A DNA stretch of 64,000 nucleotides from Chiloscyllium plagiosum (Eukaryota), in contig NC_057719.1 in NCBI RefSeq assembly GCF_004010195.1, forward strand, positions 60,728,158 to 60,792,157. Direction: 5' to 3'. A model generated the notes under the pieces. The model had not been told where the DNA came from and did not search any database. It was given only the letters and a program-made list of their open reading frames with translations. Positions 1 to 12,315 of the stretch are shown in pieces. Every line of letters begins with the position of its first letter. Within the stretch, counting starts at the first letter, position 1. Both the position numbers and the translations under genes were made by a program.

Positions 1-90
1 GCTCGTTGGATGCTGCCTGAACTGCTGTGCTCTTCCAGCACCACTAATCCAGATATCTGGTTTCCAGCATCTGCAGTCATTGTTTTTACC
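1..90 (+). mobile_element. Penelope-like element terminal repeat (pLTR) fragment
   Basis: GGATGCTGCCTGAACTGCTGTGCTCTTCCAGCACCAC...CCAGCATCTGCAGTCATTGTTTTTACC matches the pLTR arms at 28200-28423 and 32334-32557. Confidence 0.75.
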
Positions 91-495
91 TACTCTCACT
101 CTGGCCACCCTCTTGCTCCCCACGTGAGTATAGAATGCCTTCATGTTTTCCTTAATCCTACCTGCTAAAGCTTTTTCATGGCCCCATCTAGCTCTCCTAA
201 GTCCATTCTTCAGTCCCTTCCAGGCCACCTTGTAACCCTCTACAGCCCTGTCCGATTCCTGCCTCCTCAGCCTTAAGTAAGCCTCTTTATTCCTCGTGAC
301 TTGAAGTTCTGCATCCCTTGACACCCTAGGTTCCTTCACCTCAGCATCCCTTCCTTGCCTCAGCGGAATAAACCTATCCAGCACTATCAGCAAGTGCTCC
401 CTAAACAACCTCCACATTTCAGTTGTGCATTTTCCTGAGAACATCTGTTCCCAATTTAGGTGCCCCAGTTCCTGCCTAACAGTATTGTAATTACC
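91..495 (-). mobile_element. CR1 LINE ORF2 fragment (between endonuclease and RT)
   Basis: Reverse complement resembles the CR1 segment at about 16120-16520 (TTTAATTGGGG...GGAACAGATGTT...GGATTAAGGAAAAC). Confidence 0.7.
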
Positions 496-504
496 CCTCC
501 CCCA

Positions 505-2405
505 ATTAAAGACATGAGGGAAGAGCTGGACAGAATTTATTGGAAGGTAGGCCTACCACGAAGATGGTGGAGTGCCAATCGCAAGAGTTTCTGGGGCAAT
601 TCAACCATGGCTTTCAAGTCAGGGACAGCATAAAAACTAAAAGTAAAGTGTACAATGTGATGAAGATCGTGGGAAACCATAGGATTGGGAAGTCTTTAAA
701 AACCAATGGAAGACAATAAAAAAGTACTAAGGGGAGAAAATGAAATATGAGAGTAAGCTACCTAGTTATATGAAAGAAGATTGCAAGAGTTTTTTTAGAT
801 ATATAAAGGGTCAGAGAAAGGCAAGAAGCTGGAGAAAAAGCAATGGGGAACAAAGAAATGGCAGGGGAACAGCATAAGTATTTTGCATCGGTCTTCGCCG
901 TGAAAGACATTGGTAACATACCAGAATTTCAAAACAGTCAGGGGGCAGAGGTTAGTGCGGTGGCCATCACCAAGGATAAGCTGGTTGGGAAGTTGTAAGG
1001 CCTGAAGGTGAATAAATCACCTAGACCAGATGGACTACTCCCTAGAGTAGTGAAGGAAACAGCTGAGAAGATTGTAAAGACATTGTTGGTGATCTTTCTG
1101 GAATCACCAGCATCAGGGAGGGTCCCTGACTGGTAAACGGCTAAGTAACACCCCTGTTTATTTTTTTTTTAATTTTTTTTTTAACCCCCCACACTACCGC
1201 CTAAGTGCGGTAGTGCTTATTTTATCCCCAGCACCCATGGTGTGTGTGTGCAGCTGTGAGACAAAGTGAAAGACACAAAGTGCACCAATCTTTATTCAAT
1301 TTCCACCACCAGGAAGATAGGAAAACACCTGGGTGGCCAGTGACAAACACTGCCCTTCACATCAAAGGGCAGTGCTGTGTGATCAAAAACAGTGAAGGGG
1401 AGGGTAGGGACTAAATCAAAATAGAGTTGGAGGGGGAAATAATGCACTCCACTCCCTGCGGCGCCACCTCTCCCTGAACAACTCCAGCGTGTTGGTGGAC
1501 ACCGCTTGCTCCTTCTCCAAGGACACCCGGGCTCTAACATAACCGCGGAAGAGGGCAGGCAGTCGGCCCTAACCACCCCCTCCATGGCCCGCTGCCTGGA
1601 CCTGTTGATGGCCACTTTGGCCAGGCCCAGGAGCAGACCCACGATGGAGGTCTTCAGACCTGCCCTCCCACCTCCGTACCGGGTGCCCAAAGATCAGGAG
1701 CGTGGGACTGAAGTGCAGCCAAAAACAGAGGAGAAGGTTTTTCAGAAAATCAAAAAGGGAGTGCAAACGCCCACACCCAATATATACAAGGTCCACGGAC
1801 TCCACAGCGCCACAGAACAAGCAGTTGGGCTGGGAGTCTGTGAACCACCGCAATCTGCGGTTGCAGGGGACTGCTGCGTGCAGCACCCTCCACCCAAGAT
1901 CCCCGAGAGAAAGGGGGAGGACTCCTGAAGAGAGCCCTCCACTGGGGATCCCCACCGCCCGGTGGCAAATGGGCACGCCAAGGTGGACGGTGGATGAGGG
2001 AGAAGAGGTGGACGGTGTGCAGCAGCAGTCTATACAGGGCTTTTCTTTTTACGTCCCTAAATGAGACAAAATCAAAATTTCGGAGGCGGCTCAGGTTGTG
2101 GGGCACAGGCTCCCGCGGGAAGTACGGGACCTTGGGGCCAATGTGAAATTCCATCCGGGCTGGGGTGAGCGCGGACGGGATCCCACCGCACACCTGAGCG
2201 TCCTCCAACTGGTGCACTACGTCGGGTCCGAGCACCCAACACCCCTGTTTAAAGAGGCAGGAGACAGGAATCTATAGGCCAATTAGCCTGACGTCGGTCA
2301 TTAATAAGATTTTTGGGTCCAATATTAAAGATGAGATTGCAGCTACTTAGACATACTTAGTAAAATAGGGCTGAGTCAGCATGATTTTGTACAGGTGAGG
2401 TCATA
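505..2405 (+). mobile_element. CR1 LINE ORF2 fragment, interrupted by a Tx1 insertion at 1161-2237
   Basis: KSPxPDGLxPRV motif near 1015-1050; YRPISLTSV and SQHxF motifs at 2270-2400; colinear with the CR1 at 45000-45900. Confidence 0.8.
1161..2237 (-). mobile_element. 5'-truncated Tx1-type (L1 clade) retrotransposon: ORF2 C-terminus with zf-RVT, 3' UTR and poly(A)
   Basis: DLGWRVLH...CLFCGAVESVDxVYIGC zinc-binding motif; poly(T) at 1161-1182; 14-bp TSD AACACCCCTGTTTA at 1147-1160 and 2238-2251. Confidence 0.85.
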
Positions 2406-4754
2406 ATGAATTAAAACAACAAGGAGTTTTTTTTTTAATTGACTGCTGTAGGGAAGAAAAATTGGATTTTAATATAATTTTAATATACTTATTATACTTA
2501 TTTTAATATACTTAACTGCAGCATTCATCAAATTTAGGTGAGCAATTACAAGAGAGAAATACATTTAGTTCTTTGGTATTATGATAATTGTGATAATTTA
2601 TGATAATTTTATAATTATATGTTATGGATAATATAATTTTTGATTGCACAAAAAATCGATATCTGTCATATAACTGAAGTGTTCAGTATGCAGAATTGAA
2701 CCAGAATTCGGATCAGTATTGTTTATGTGTCAGATTTTTAATTTCTTTTTCATCTCAACATTTACTTTTCTCTTGCTAGGTCCACTGAGTTCAGCACTCG
2801 TTTTCAAAGTTATAATACTATTAATTTTCCATACCTGGAGCTTTCTGCCACTGTTGCATCGAGATAGCCAATATATAGGAGGGTTGCCTAGGTAAATTAC
2901 CCCTTCCACTTTCTCTTTTATATTTTTTTCTGTGATGAAGATTCTATTCTCATCTTGACATCTCTTATTCAGACAGGTCATAAACAGAATGAGAAATAAG
3001 AGTTTATTTAAAGTAAAAATTAAAATGCCTCCACAAATGTTTTGTTTGAAATTAAATATTAGCCTAAAGAAGACTTAGTAAAAGAAGCATCAAGATTTTA
3101 CAGATATTTTTGCTTTTCTGTTACATTAACTTCCAAGAAAATCATAATATATTATGAAGTAGAAAACAATCTGAAATAAAAATCTTGATACACTAAAATC
3201 ACAAAGAAAGGGCATTCAAATGTTTTGAATTATTTTCTATATTGTTTTACTTTGCAAGACTTTAGCTTTTACATATTTATCAGTCATATACCATGAAAGC
3301 AATTAATATAAGTTATAATTTTACCTATATGTTATATAGGAATATTTCTGTATTGGTGCAAAGTAGCCATACATTGATTGAGACAGATTTCCAAATTCCT
3401 CAGGTTATTAGATTAACTGGGTACTGCAAATATCTAATGTTCAGAAGTGTCTGCCAAAGGAGTACCCTGTCAGATATTTCATGGATTAATTTATGTGGAT
3501 TAGAAGGTTTTGCGGACTCCATTGGATTATGTGGTTCTGCCCATTTCATTTTCCCATATTCAATAAACTCAGGTGAAATATTGTTGCAAGTGCAGGAATG
3601 GGAAAGGGAAAATGCATTCAAGATAATTAGGATTATTGATCCATTATTTCAGTGTGCGTTCTCTGAAAAGGCTCTTCACTTGATTTGATAACTTTGCCTT
3701 GTTCTGCTTACCACTGAAAGAACATAGACTAGCTTTTATATCAGTGTGAACTTTAACAGTGGATCACAAGTGATAATTATGGGAACTTTACCATCATTTC
3801 CCATTAATGACTCTAGTTCATTTAAATAATATTTACACATGACTGGCCAAATTTTATCAGCAACTGTTAGCTGTTTGTCTTGGGAAGAAAATATTATGAA
3901 GGGTTTCTAGCGATAGGGAGTCAGCTCAGTCTGTCCCTAGCTCATTTTCTCTTTGTTTCCCCAAATTATTTTTTGATAAAATTCATCATTTTAATTCTTT
4001 GCCAGTGTGCCCTCAAAGTTTGTACTGTTTGTTAATGTCTTTTAGGCAACACATTTGTGTTTCAATTTTCTTGGTGAGTGCTTGCATCCTATCTCATGAC
4101 AGAGATTCTTTTTACTGTCAACACAGTAACCCCACCATAAAAATAAGAAATGCCATAAGGGAAAGGTAAGTAGTTAATGAGGCAAATTTGGTAAAGTACA
4201 TTGAGAAATCTCACTGGGGCTCACAGTGGGAATCCCTCCCAAAAAGTCAATGCAACTCACACTCAACAAAAGAAAATATAAGTTCAGATTTTAGATAAAA
4301 TAGTAATGTCAGTGAAAATTGTTTTGTTTGTTCCACATCTTGCCTGGATTCATCGAAATATGGTCAAATGTGCATGGTAGCTACTTTAGGTCAATATTTG
4401 TCCTATCTTTATACCCATTTCAGTCCATGAAAACTCTTGGCTATGATCTTATTGAATGGTGCAATAGGCTTAAAGGGCTAAATGAGCAAATTTGAATCTT
4501 GCGATTGTACAAACATTGGGCAGAAAATCTTTCAAGTAATTTTCTGCCAACCTCAAATGTCTGAATGTCGTGTCAACAACAATTTAGTTAGGTACTTTAA
4601 TATAGAATGCCACCTTAAATCTTTTTCAGAGAGGTATCATGTAATTAAAGTGGGCCCTGAGACAAAGATGATATTCAGAGAAGAGACCAAAAGCTTGGCC
4701 AAAATAAATGATTTGAGGTCTTCAAGAAAGACGGAGATGAGCTGCTCAAGGAAT

Positions 4755-4935
4755 GATGGAGGCTGGCACAATTACAACATTTAAAAGGCATCTGGATGGG
4801 TATATGAATAGGAAGGGCTTAGAGGGTTATGGGCCAAGTGCTGGCAAATGGGACTAGATTAATTTAGGATATCTGGTCAGCATGGACGAGTTTGACTGAA
4901 GTGTCTGTTTCTGTGCTGTACATCTCTATGACTCC
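4755..4935 (+). mobile_element. CR1 3' end fragment
   Basis: ACAATTACAACATTTAAAAGGCATCTGGATGGG...CTCTATGACTC, same as the CR1 tails at 17160-17339 and 53400/56190. Confidence 0.85.
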
Positions 4936-5574
4936 GTGTGAGATACAAAGGTGTTTAGGAAGCGATTTCTAGTGTGCAGCCAGATATCATTGCTGTCAAT
5001 ATTTCAGTGATAGGAGCAATAATGTATAAAAGACGAGGATTACAGGAACAGGGGTAGGAAGGGGTAAGTTAGGAGAAATAGACTATTCAGCCCTTTAAAT
5101 CTGTTCTATTATTCAATAACATCATCATTTCATGGACTAAAATTGGTTTAAAGAAAGGATAAATATTGACCTAAAATAGTTACCATGTTCATTTGACCAC
5201 ATTTCGATGCATTCAAGAAAGGTGTGGAAGAAACAAAACTATCCTCACTGACTTTATCATTTTATCTCAAGACATAAGGCATGAACTTAGGTTATTTTTT
5301 GTTGAGTGACAGTTGCATTAGCTTTTTTGGAGGGATTCAGGCTACAAGGCCAAGTGAGATTTATCACTTCAACTTCCCAAACCTGCCTCATTAACTACCT
5401 ACCTTTCTCTTAAGGCATCTCTCATGGTCTAGCTCCACAGCAGGCCAAAGAAGACATGCCATAGAGGAGGACTGCAGGAGACCAGATAGCTGCTCAACCC
5501 CACGCAGAAGAGGACCCTGGGCTATCATCAATCAGGAACTTTGTTAACATGCACAGGAAGCAACTGGAGTAGAA

Positions 5575-5670
5575 GACAAAAAATAGAAATTGCTGGAAAA
5601 TATCAGTAAGTCTGGCAGCATCTGTAAGGAGAGAAAAGAGCTGATGTTTCGAGTCTAACTGACCGTTTGT
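5575..5670 (-). mobile_element. Short decayed PLE terminal fragment
   Basis: GAAATTGCTGGAAAA...CTGGCAGCATCTG...GATGTTTCGAGTC, similar to the reverse complement of 37150-37270 and 10050-10145. Confidence 0.5.
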
Positions 5671-7884
5671 CAAAGCAAAGGAGTAGAAGACAGTTATTTG
5701 GAAGGCAATGGCCCTCATTGTCCAGAAGCTGTAGCAGTGGAGCAAATCATGTAGTCGTCTGGCTGCCTTTGTGCACAGGTTGGCAGCTGCATGGACAACC
5801 AGGCCCAACACTCTGCTGGAGAGGCACATTTCCTCCTCAGCCCATTATGGAGCTGGACAGGAGAAATGCAATAAGGGCAAGGCAGGTAGTCACTGAGGCG
5901 AGTGTGTTATGTTGCAATGAGAAATCTCACGAGGCCTTGCAATGGGAATCCATCCAAAAAAGCGAACAAAAAAAAGTTCAGCCTAATGCCTTTAGATAAA
6001 ATGGTAATGTCAGTCCAGCTGGCTGACCTAATTACAACCCCTCAGCATTTCTTCACAATTATCATCCTCACTTTCCCCCAGCCTGCTGCCCACCTTGAGG
6101 AATAGGTTCCTGAGTCTCTGTCGTGCAATAGCACCTCCCATCGTTCTACCACTACCACCAATATGACTATTTTGCTTTATTTTCTGTCAACAGACCATTG
6201 ATCGACCTAACCGGCCACATACAATAAGTGTCAGACCCCTGACTAATGGCTGTACATCTCCCTGAACATGTTCAGCTTATTTTCCAGACTGGCTGCTATG
6301 GACCAAAGACTGACCATAAACCACATCCTGGACTGCAGAGGCAAGGCTGCCCTGACTAACATTACCCATGATCAGACATCTGACTGAATACAACCCCTGG
6401 TATCAGAGGCTACCCTTGACTTACTGTGCCAGGACCCCATGACTTCAGTGAACACTACTCCCCTAAAACATTGATAAGTGGCTTTTTGCTGACAATATGC
6501 TGGCTATTTAAGCTGCTGGCACATGGTGCAGGCATGGGATTGACATTGCACAGTCACCTACAGAAACATACTCTTGACCAAAGACAGACGACCAACAATG
6601 CAAGTCTAGTTGTATGACTTCATGAATTTGCTTAACAAGACAAGGTATGGAATGGGTGTCATGAGGACGCAGTTAGGTGGTAAGTGACTGAGCACTAAGA
6701 AGCAAGTGAGCAGCCGGAGATTCAACCTGATCCTATATCTAAGCTGGGTACCTGTCCTTATGCATAAAGTGTCCTTGCAGCAATATTTTAATTGTTGCCA
6801 GTACACCATGCAATGCAAGTCTATGCTTCCTGTGTGTCAAAAAAGTGCAATTACAGTCATGAGGGACTGGCAAATGACAATGACTATGGATGAGAATTCC
6901 ATGAAGCAAGAGCTGTAGTCTGTGCCAAGATGCTGTTTGGTGCTGATCATCATAGAGGTTGTTCACAGCCAGTGACAAGCTGAAGGTGTCAGGTACTAAC
7001 TCTGATTTCTACAACAAGATCTCTGTGTTTTGCTTGTCTGGGGTCTTTGGTAAGATAGGAAGCTGAATATTAATTAGGTAAGTAGTGGAGTTAATTCGAC
7101 AGATGAAAAGCCAAAATTCTCCTCAACTGGCAAATCACTGTCATCTAGTGGGAAACTCATATCGCCACGGAGTGGGATTTTGAAATAGACTTCACCAGAT
7201 GTCTGGGCTGATTCTTCCACACATTTTGCCATTGCTCAGACCATCAGATGAGACAGTCCATTGAAATCAAGCAACTGAATGAGTTTTAAGAAATTTGTAT
7301 CTCTTGTTTTCATTCACACTTGCAGTTGTGTACATATGGGACATCAAAGTTGCCTGCAACTGTTCAGTTTAGAAAGACAATGGGGTCAAATTTTGGAACA
7401 TATAAATAAGTCAGTACCTTGTCATTTCTGTATTGCATTAATCACTTTGAATAATGTTATCTTCTTCTTCATATTAATGAATACAAACTGGTTATTATAG
7501 AATCATTTGTACTGAGTTTGTCTCATGATGGTGGAATGGAACATCAAAGGAGAATTGGTACTTTGTCTGAAGAACTGCATTGTGGGATTGAGAACAGGAA
7601 GGCAAGATGGGAAATTCAGTCAAGACACAAACTTGGTAAGATCAGCAAGCCTTAGAACTGACTTAAATCTGTATTGGAATTATAGGAAAAGAGGGATTCT
7701 ATGTTGTTCAGACCACATATATGCTTTTCTACTCTGGCACAGGAGATTGATAACAGTGATATCAAAACCACTGCTTTTGTTTGTGTTAAAACAGAACCTT
7801 GAAATTAAGGCTAAGATATAGCATAGAGACAGCAAGCTAACAACAGAACAGTATTTTAAAAAAAACACTAAATTGACCAAAAAC

Positions 7885-8068
7885 AGGTATTGGAAAAGCA
7901 CAGCGGGTCAGGCAGCATCCAAGAGCAGGAGAATTATCCTTCCTGATAAAGGGTTTATGCCCAAAACATTGATTCTACTGCTCCTCCGATGCTGCCTGAC
8001 CTGCTGTGCTATTCTAGCACTACACTCTCAACTCTGATCTCCAGCATCTGCAGTCCTCACTTTTTCCA
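7885..8068 (+). mobile_element. Penelope pLTR mini-element with short 5' inversion and degenerate hammerhead
   Basis: GGTCAGGCAGCATC... is inverted against ...GATGCTGCCTGACC; degenerate hammerhead CCTGATAAAGGG...GCCCAAAAC. Confidence 0.7.
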
Positions 8069-8319
8069 AAATCAGATATTACCTTATACGGCACACAGTC
8101 ATAATAAGAGAAAAGGTATAAAGGAAGCTGTTGAAAAAGGATTTGTTATTACAGTGGTTAGTGGTCTGATCTGCTGCTGCAAAGACACAACTGGAAATCT
8201 GTCAGCAAATTGACCATCTGAGGCTGTCTCTAGTTTTACGCTACCACTATTAATGTGACGATGCACTATTTCTTTGTAGTTTGATAAAGTTGTTCTACAT
8301 TTAACTGGGCAGTATCCAA

Positions 8320-8840
8320 ATTGTTGTGTGCCATTGATATCTGGGTCAGGGTCTTCTGTTTAAATAGTGGGTCTTACATTGCAGATGACTGAGATGAAGT
8401 TAAAAAGAGTGAAATAAAATCAGACTTCTTCACTTGGTCATAAAAGATGGTATTATTGAAATAGAGCAAGTAGATGACCATCGGCAATGAAATGCTTCAG
8501 AAATAATTCCCAATAATACAGTCAGTTTCAGTGCAAGAGCAGAGCAAATGTTGAATATAAGAGCAATTGATCAAGGTGAAATATCCACACTAAAGCATTA
8601 CTAAAAGGAACATTGCCCAAATTAAGTTGAGGACAAATTTGGCAAAACATTCCATAGACTAATATTGGCAAATTTCAAGCAGAAGACAATTTAATTAATC
8701 AATGATTGCAATTCTATGGTTGAAGTGGAAAAATTAATGAAATCTGAGACAAAAGGTAAGCACTTAGTGCTTACTATGAACATACTAAAAATTAAAGTTT
8801 CAGTAATAGTAAAGAATCTGTTCCAAAAGCAGGCCATATT
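8320..8840 (+). pseudogene. Possible decayed gag N-terminal/coiled-coil region of the ERV
   Basis: A-rich, stop-interrupted coding-like stretch (WVRVFCLNSGSYIADD*DEVKKSEIK...VEVEKLMK...ALSAYYEH) lying upstream of pol on the same strand; positional inference only. Confidence 0.25.
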
Positions 8841-9489
8841 GGATTCAAAATGTTCATCTTCAGAACTGCTGTCAGATCTGCTGTGTTTTTTTTTGTTTCA
8901 GTCTCCAGTAACCTTGCCAGCTTTCCAAATGAGCAGCTTCCCTAGTGTTATTCTCCTGACTTGCCCCAGTAGCGAGGCACATTGTTACTTTTCATTTAAC
9001 CAAGTAATTCCATTTTGACTGCTTCATTTGAACAGATCTCCAGCACACTCTCTGGCAGTGCACTCCAGACCCTAACTACTCAATGTGTAAAAATGTTTTC
9101 CTCATATAATCTTTACTTTTCTAACTTACGATTTTAAATCTGTGTCCTCTCATTCTCTATTGTTTAAGGAGTGATAACATTTTCTATTTACTCACTCCAG
9201 AACTCTTATGATTTTAGATAGTTTTATAGTTTCTCACAGCCTTGCCTTTCCAAGGAAAACAGCCCTGCTCCTTCCATCCAGCCCGTTTTGCTCACCAGAC
9301 AAAAACTTATGCCCGAAATGCCAACTGTCCTGCTCCTCAGTTGCTACCTGACCTGCTGTGCTTTTCCAGCGCTAAACTTTTGGACAAAAACTGTAAAGAC
9401 TAAACTTTTTGTTCGGAATATAAACCAGGAAAAATGAAAGTTTGGATGTTGCTTTGTTGCTCAGAGTGGATCAGGTTTTTGTTTTATTT

Positions 9490-10145
9490 TTATAATTCGA
9501 AGGTCCCTGCAGAAGGTTGTCAAGGGAGAGGAGGGGAATATGTGCCTGATGGTGGAAATGGTAGCTAATAATCCTCTGGATGTGGATGCTGGTGGAATTG
9601 TAGGTAAGGACAAGGTGGACTCTATCACTGTTTTGAAGGGAAGGGAGAGATAAGGACTGAAATGTGGGAGATGGGTCAGATCTGGCTAAGGATTCTGTCA
9701 ACAATGGTGCTGGGAAATTCTTGGTTGAGGAAGGAGGTGGACATTTCAGAGGCCCCCCTATCAACACTGGCATCATTGGCACAGATGCAACAGAGATGGA
9801 GAAATTCGAAGAATGGATAGAGTCTTTACAGGAAGCACGATGTGAGGGTGGAAAGCTTCCTGCGATTACACATTACCCATTATTAGGTACTAACAATCCC
9901 CATTAACATCTACTCCCCCACCTAGCTGGATCATCATCCACTCCTTTGCCTGTATAACTGTTCGTCTCTCTCTTTGAGTTCTATCCTCACCTATTGTTTA
10001 CCCCCACCCTTTCTTCCGCATATAAACTGACATTTTCCTAGTTACCATCAATTCTGAGGAAAAGTCACTCAACCCGAAACATTGACTCTGATTTCTCTCC
10101 ATAGATGCTGACAGACATGATGTGCTTTTCCCACAATTTCTGTTA
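9490..10145. mobile_element. Decayed Penelope-like element: RT C-terminal remnant on - strand, pLTR-like end on + strand
   Basis: DRVHLVLTYNSTSIHIQRIISYHF on - strand (PLE motif); CTGAGGA...CCCGAAAC hammerhead-like remnant near 10053-10080. Confidence 0.65.
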
Positions 10146-10148
10146 TTG

Positions 10149-10350
10149 TGTGAAAAGCACTTGCTAGTCATGTTGTAGGTGGTGCAATACTTTGCTTATA
10201 GTATTGAACCTGAACCCAAACCACCACACCGCACCCCCATACCTCCCTAAGATTTCTGATAGAGCACCTTCAACCTTTATCAGGATTTAAGATAGTAGTC
10301 AGCCAAAATGTATTGCATGCTGGACTCTAATGTTACAGGTCTGTGACATC
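10149..10350 (+). pseudogene. ERV pol tether (degenerate first RNase H-like domain)
   Basis: CEKHLLVML*VVQYFAYSI ... VVSQ ... IACWTLMLQ, matching the E-x-x-LLA-x-x-W-A-x-x-H-F ... RW-x-x-x-LQ pattern. Confidence 0.65.
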
Positions 10351-10487
10351 TTCCTAGCTGACAATGTGAGCTACAGATGAGAACCTTATGTATGTCATGT
10401 ACTTGTGACAAATGCCCCCAAGGGACCATCTGTGCCAAACCAAAATGGTGGAAGAGCCTAGGTATCCTGGGGAGCAGAAGAAAGACC

Positions 10488-10905
10488 CCCATAAAAATAT
10501 TCATAGAGGAATCCTCTATGGCACAGGATGGATACCGAAAAGCAGGAACTATATAGGGGAACTCCTAAAAGATTTTGCACTGAATCTCCCCAACAAAATG
10601 AGCACTCAAGCTGCTGAACTAACAGCTGTAGCCTTCATGGTCAGCCACAGTGAAAATTTTGCCCAGCAGCAAACATACACTCAGACAGCATATCTGTCTG
10701 CAACAGTTTAACTGACTTCTGGGAACTGTGGGAAGCTAGAGAATTTGTCTTGTCAGATAGGAAACCATCTGCATCCCTGGTCAAATTTATTCTCCAAATT
10801 ACCCAAGGCTGCGAATACGGCAACATTAAAGTCAGACTGCACCACTGAATTTCCCCAACATAAGGGCAGACAAATTGGCTAAGCAAGGTGCCCATGATGG
10901 TAAAC
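10488..10905 (+). pseudogene. ERV pol retroviral-type RNase H (frameshifted)
   Basis: IFIEESSMAQDGYRKAG (cf. xFTDGSS...G.R.AG) and LPNKMSTQAAELTAV (cf. SAQxAELxA). Confidence 0.8.
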
Positions 10906-11109
10906 CATGGCAGCCTCTCGTTCTGGAACAAATAGAGCCAAACCAATGTCAAAGAGTAGCCACAGCGAATTAAAGCAAATACTGGAGGGAACAATCCCCA
11001 ACTCATATAGCAATGGGCAGGACAGGTTAAGTGCTAAGAATGGATTTCTTTTTCTCAAAGATGGATACTACATGGTACTGGTTCAGAACCAAAGTGAAGT
11101 GATTTACCA

Positions 11110-12170
11110 ATGCCATGATGTCCAGGGTCATCAAAGCCAGAAGTCATGACTGACAGAATCAAAGGATGGTGTTGTTGGTCAGAAATGGGAAAACACACAA
11201 AACATTATGTTGAGAATCATATCATCAGCAGCCAGAAATATCCAGTCAAGTATGTGAATAAAGGAGAGCTAAGGCATACTAGGCCAGTGGCAGGACCTTG
11301 GACTGATCTTCAAATAGACTTTGTCAGCCCCATACCATTTTGTGAAGGGAGAAAGAAGTATTTCCTGGTCATTGTGGATATTTTCAGGAAATGGGCAGAG
11401 GCATTTGCCATTCACACTAATATCACTAAAGTTACATTGGATATCTTAATGCAGTATGTTTTCACTAGATAGGGTATTCATTACAGTATAGATTCAGACC
11501 AGGGAACCCATTTCACAGCCAGATAATGCAGACAATGATGAATATATCTGGTGTTAGTCAGAGGTTCCACATTGCCTACCACACTGAATCTAGTGAAATT
11601 GTTGAGAGGATGAATCCCACCCTCAAAGAGATGATGTGAAAGGTTGTCTAGCAAAACAACTCAACCTGAAATGTAGTGTTACCCTTTGCCGTCATGCTCA
11701 TACGGAACTTACCCTCCAGTTCAATTGGATTCACCCCTCACCCCAAGTTTTAATGACTAGATGCCTCATGAGAGGAATCAAACCGTTAATGGGATTCGAC
11801 TTGACAGAGCCCAAGGTCAATGGACTCTGTATGGGAAAACTGTGAAAATTCAAATAGAAAATGTACAGACTGCACAGAAAACAGCAGCCATCAGTATGGC
11901 TAAAAAGGAAAAAGAGAAGCAAGGGGTATGTGAATGGGAAGGTGAACCTGGTAAAGTATGAGGTAGGACAGCAGGTAATGTGACAAATTTTCTAGCCAGG
12001 AACATTTCTGTCCCCCACATATTCAGGTCCCCATTTGGTGATGGGTAACACCAGCCTGTATGTGTCCAGAATTTTGCGAGATACAGGAGAAACTTGATGT
12101 TACCACATCAATGAGATAAAGGCATATGGAACCCAAAGCAACAGCCATAAATTCCATGTGCTTCTCAGAA
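11110..12170 (+). pseudogene. ERV integrase: HHCC remnant, DDE core, GPY/F C-terminal domain
   Basis: HDVQGH; GPWTDLQIDF...YFLVIVDIFRKWAEAF; IDSDQGTHFTA; YHTESSEIVERMN; KYEVGQQVM, YSGPHLV, YHINEIKAY. Confidence 0.9.
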
Positions 12171-12187
12171 AATGGGGAAGGAGGGCT

Positions 12188-12314
12188 AAGCAAGGACAGG
12201 TCCACCTTAGATCAGAGATGAGTAGATGGAGCACTTGTTCTGTAGGAAGAAAAACACCCCAATATTTCAAATTGTCAATTATGGCAAGTCACTAAGGTCT
12301 ACATTGATGATTGC
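12188..12314 (+). pseudogene. ERV env fragment 1 (F-like ectodomain, N-terminal part deleted)
   Basis: KQGQV/PP*IRDE*MEHLF...PNISNCQLWQVTKVYIDDC, which reads on into fragment 2 once 12316-13503 is removed. Confidence 0.5.
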
Positions 12315-12315
12315 T

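Noticed and set aside
1292..2064. Overlapping 120-160 aa ORFs on both strands
   Set aside because: Alternative frames of the GC-rich Tx1 ORF2 fragment
3293..3688. 131-aa ORF as a gene
   Set aside because: No recognisable motif; AT-rich; no supporting gene structure
6600..8300. 5' LTR/PBS of the ERV
   Set aside because: No convincing similarity to 19171-20181 by eye and no clear primer-binding site
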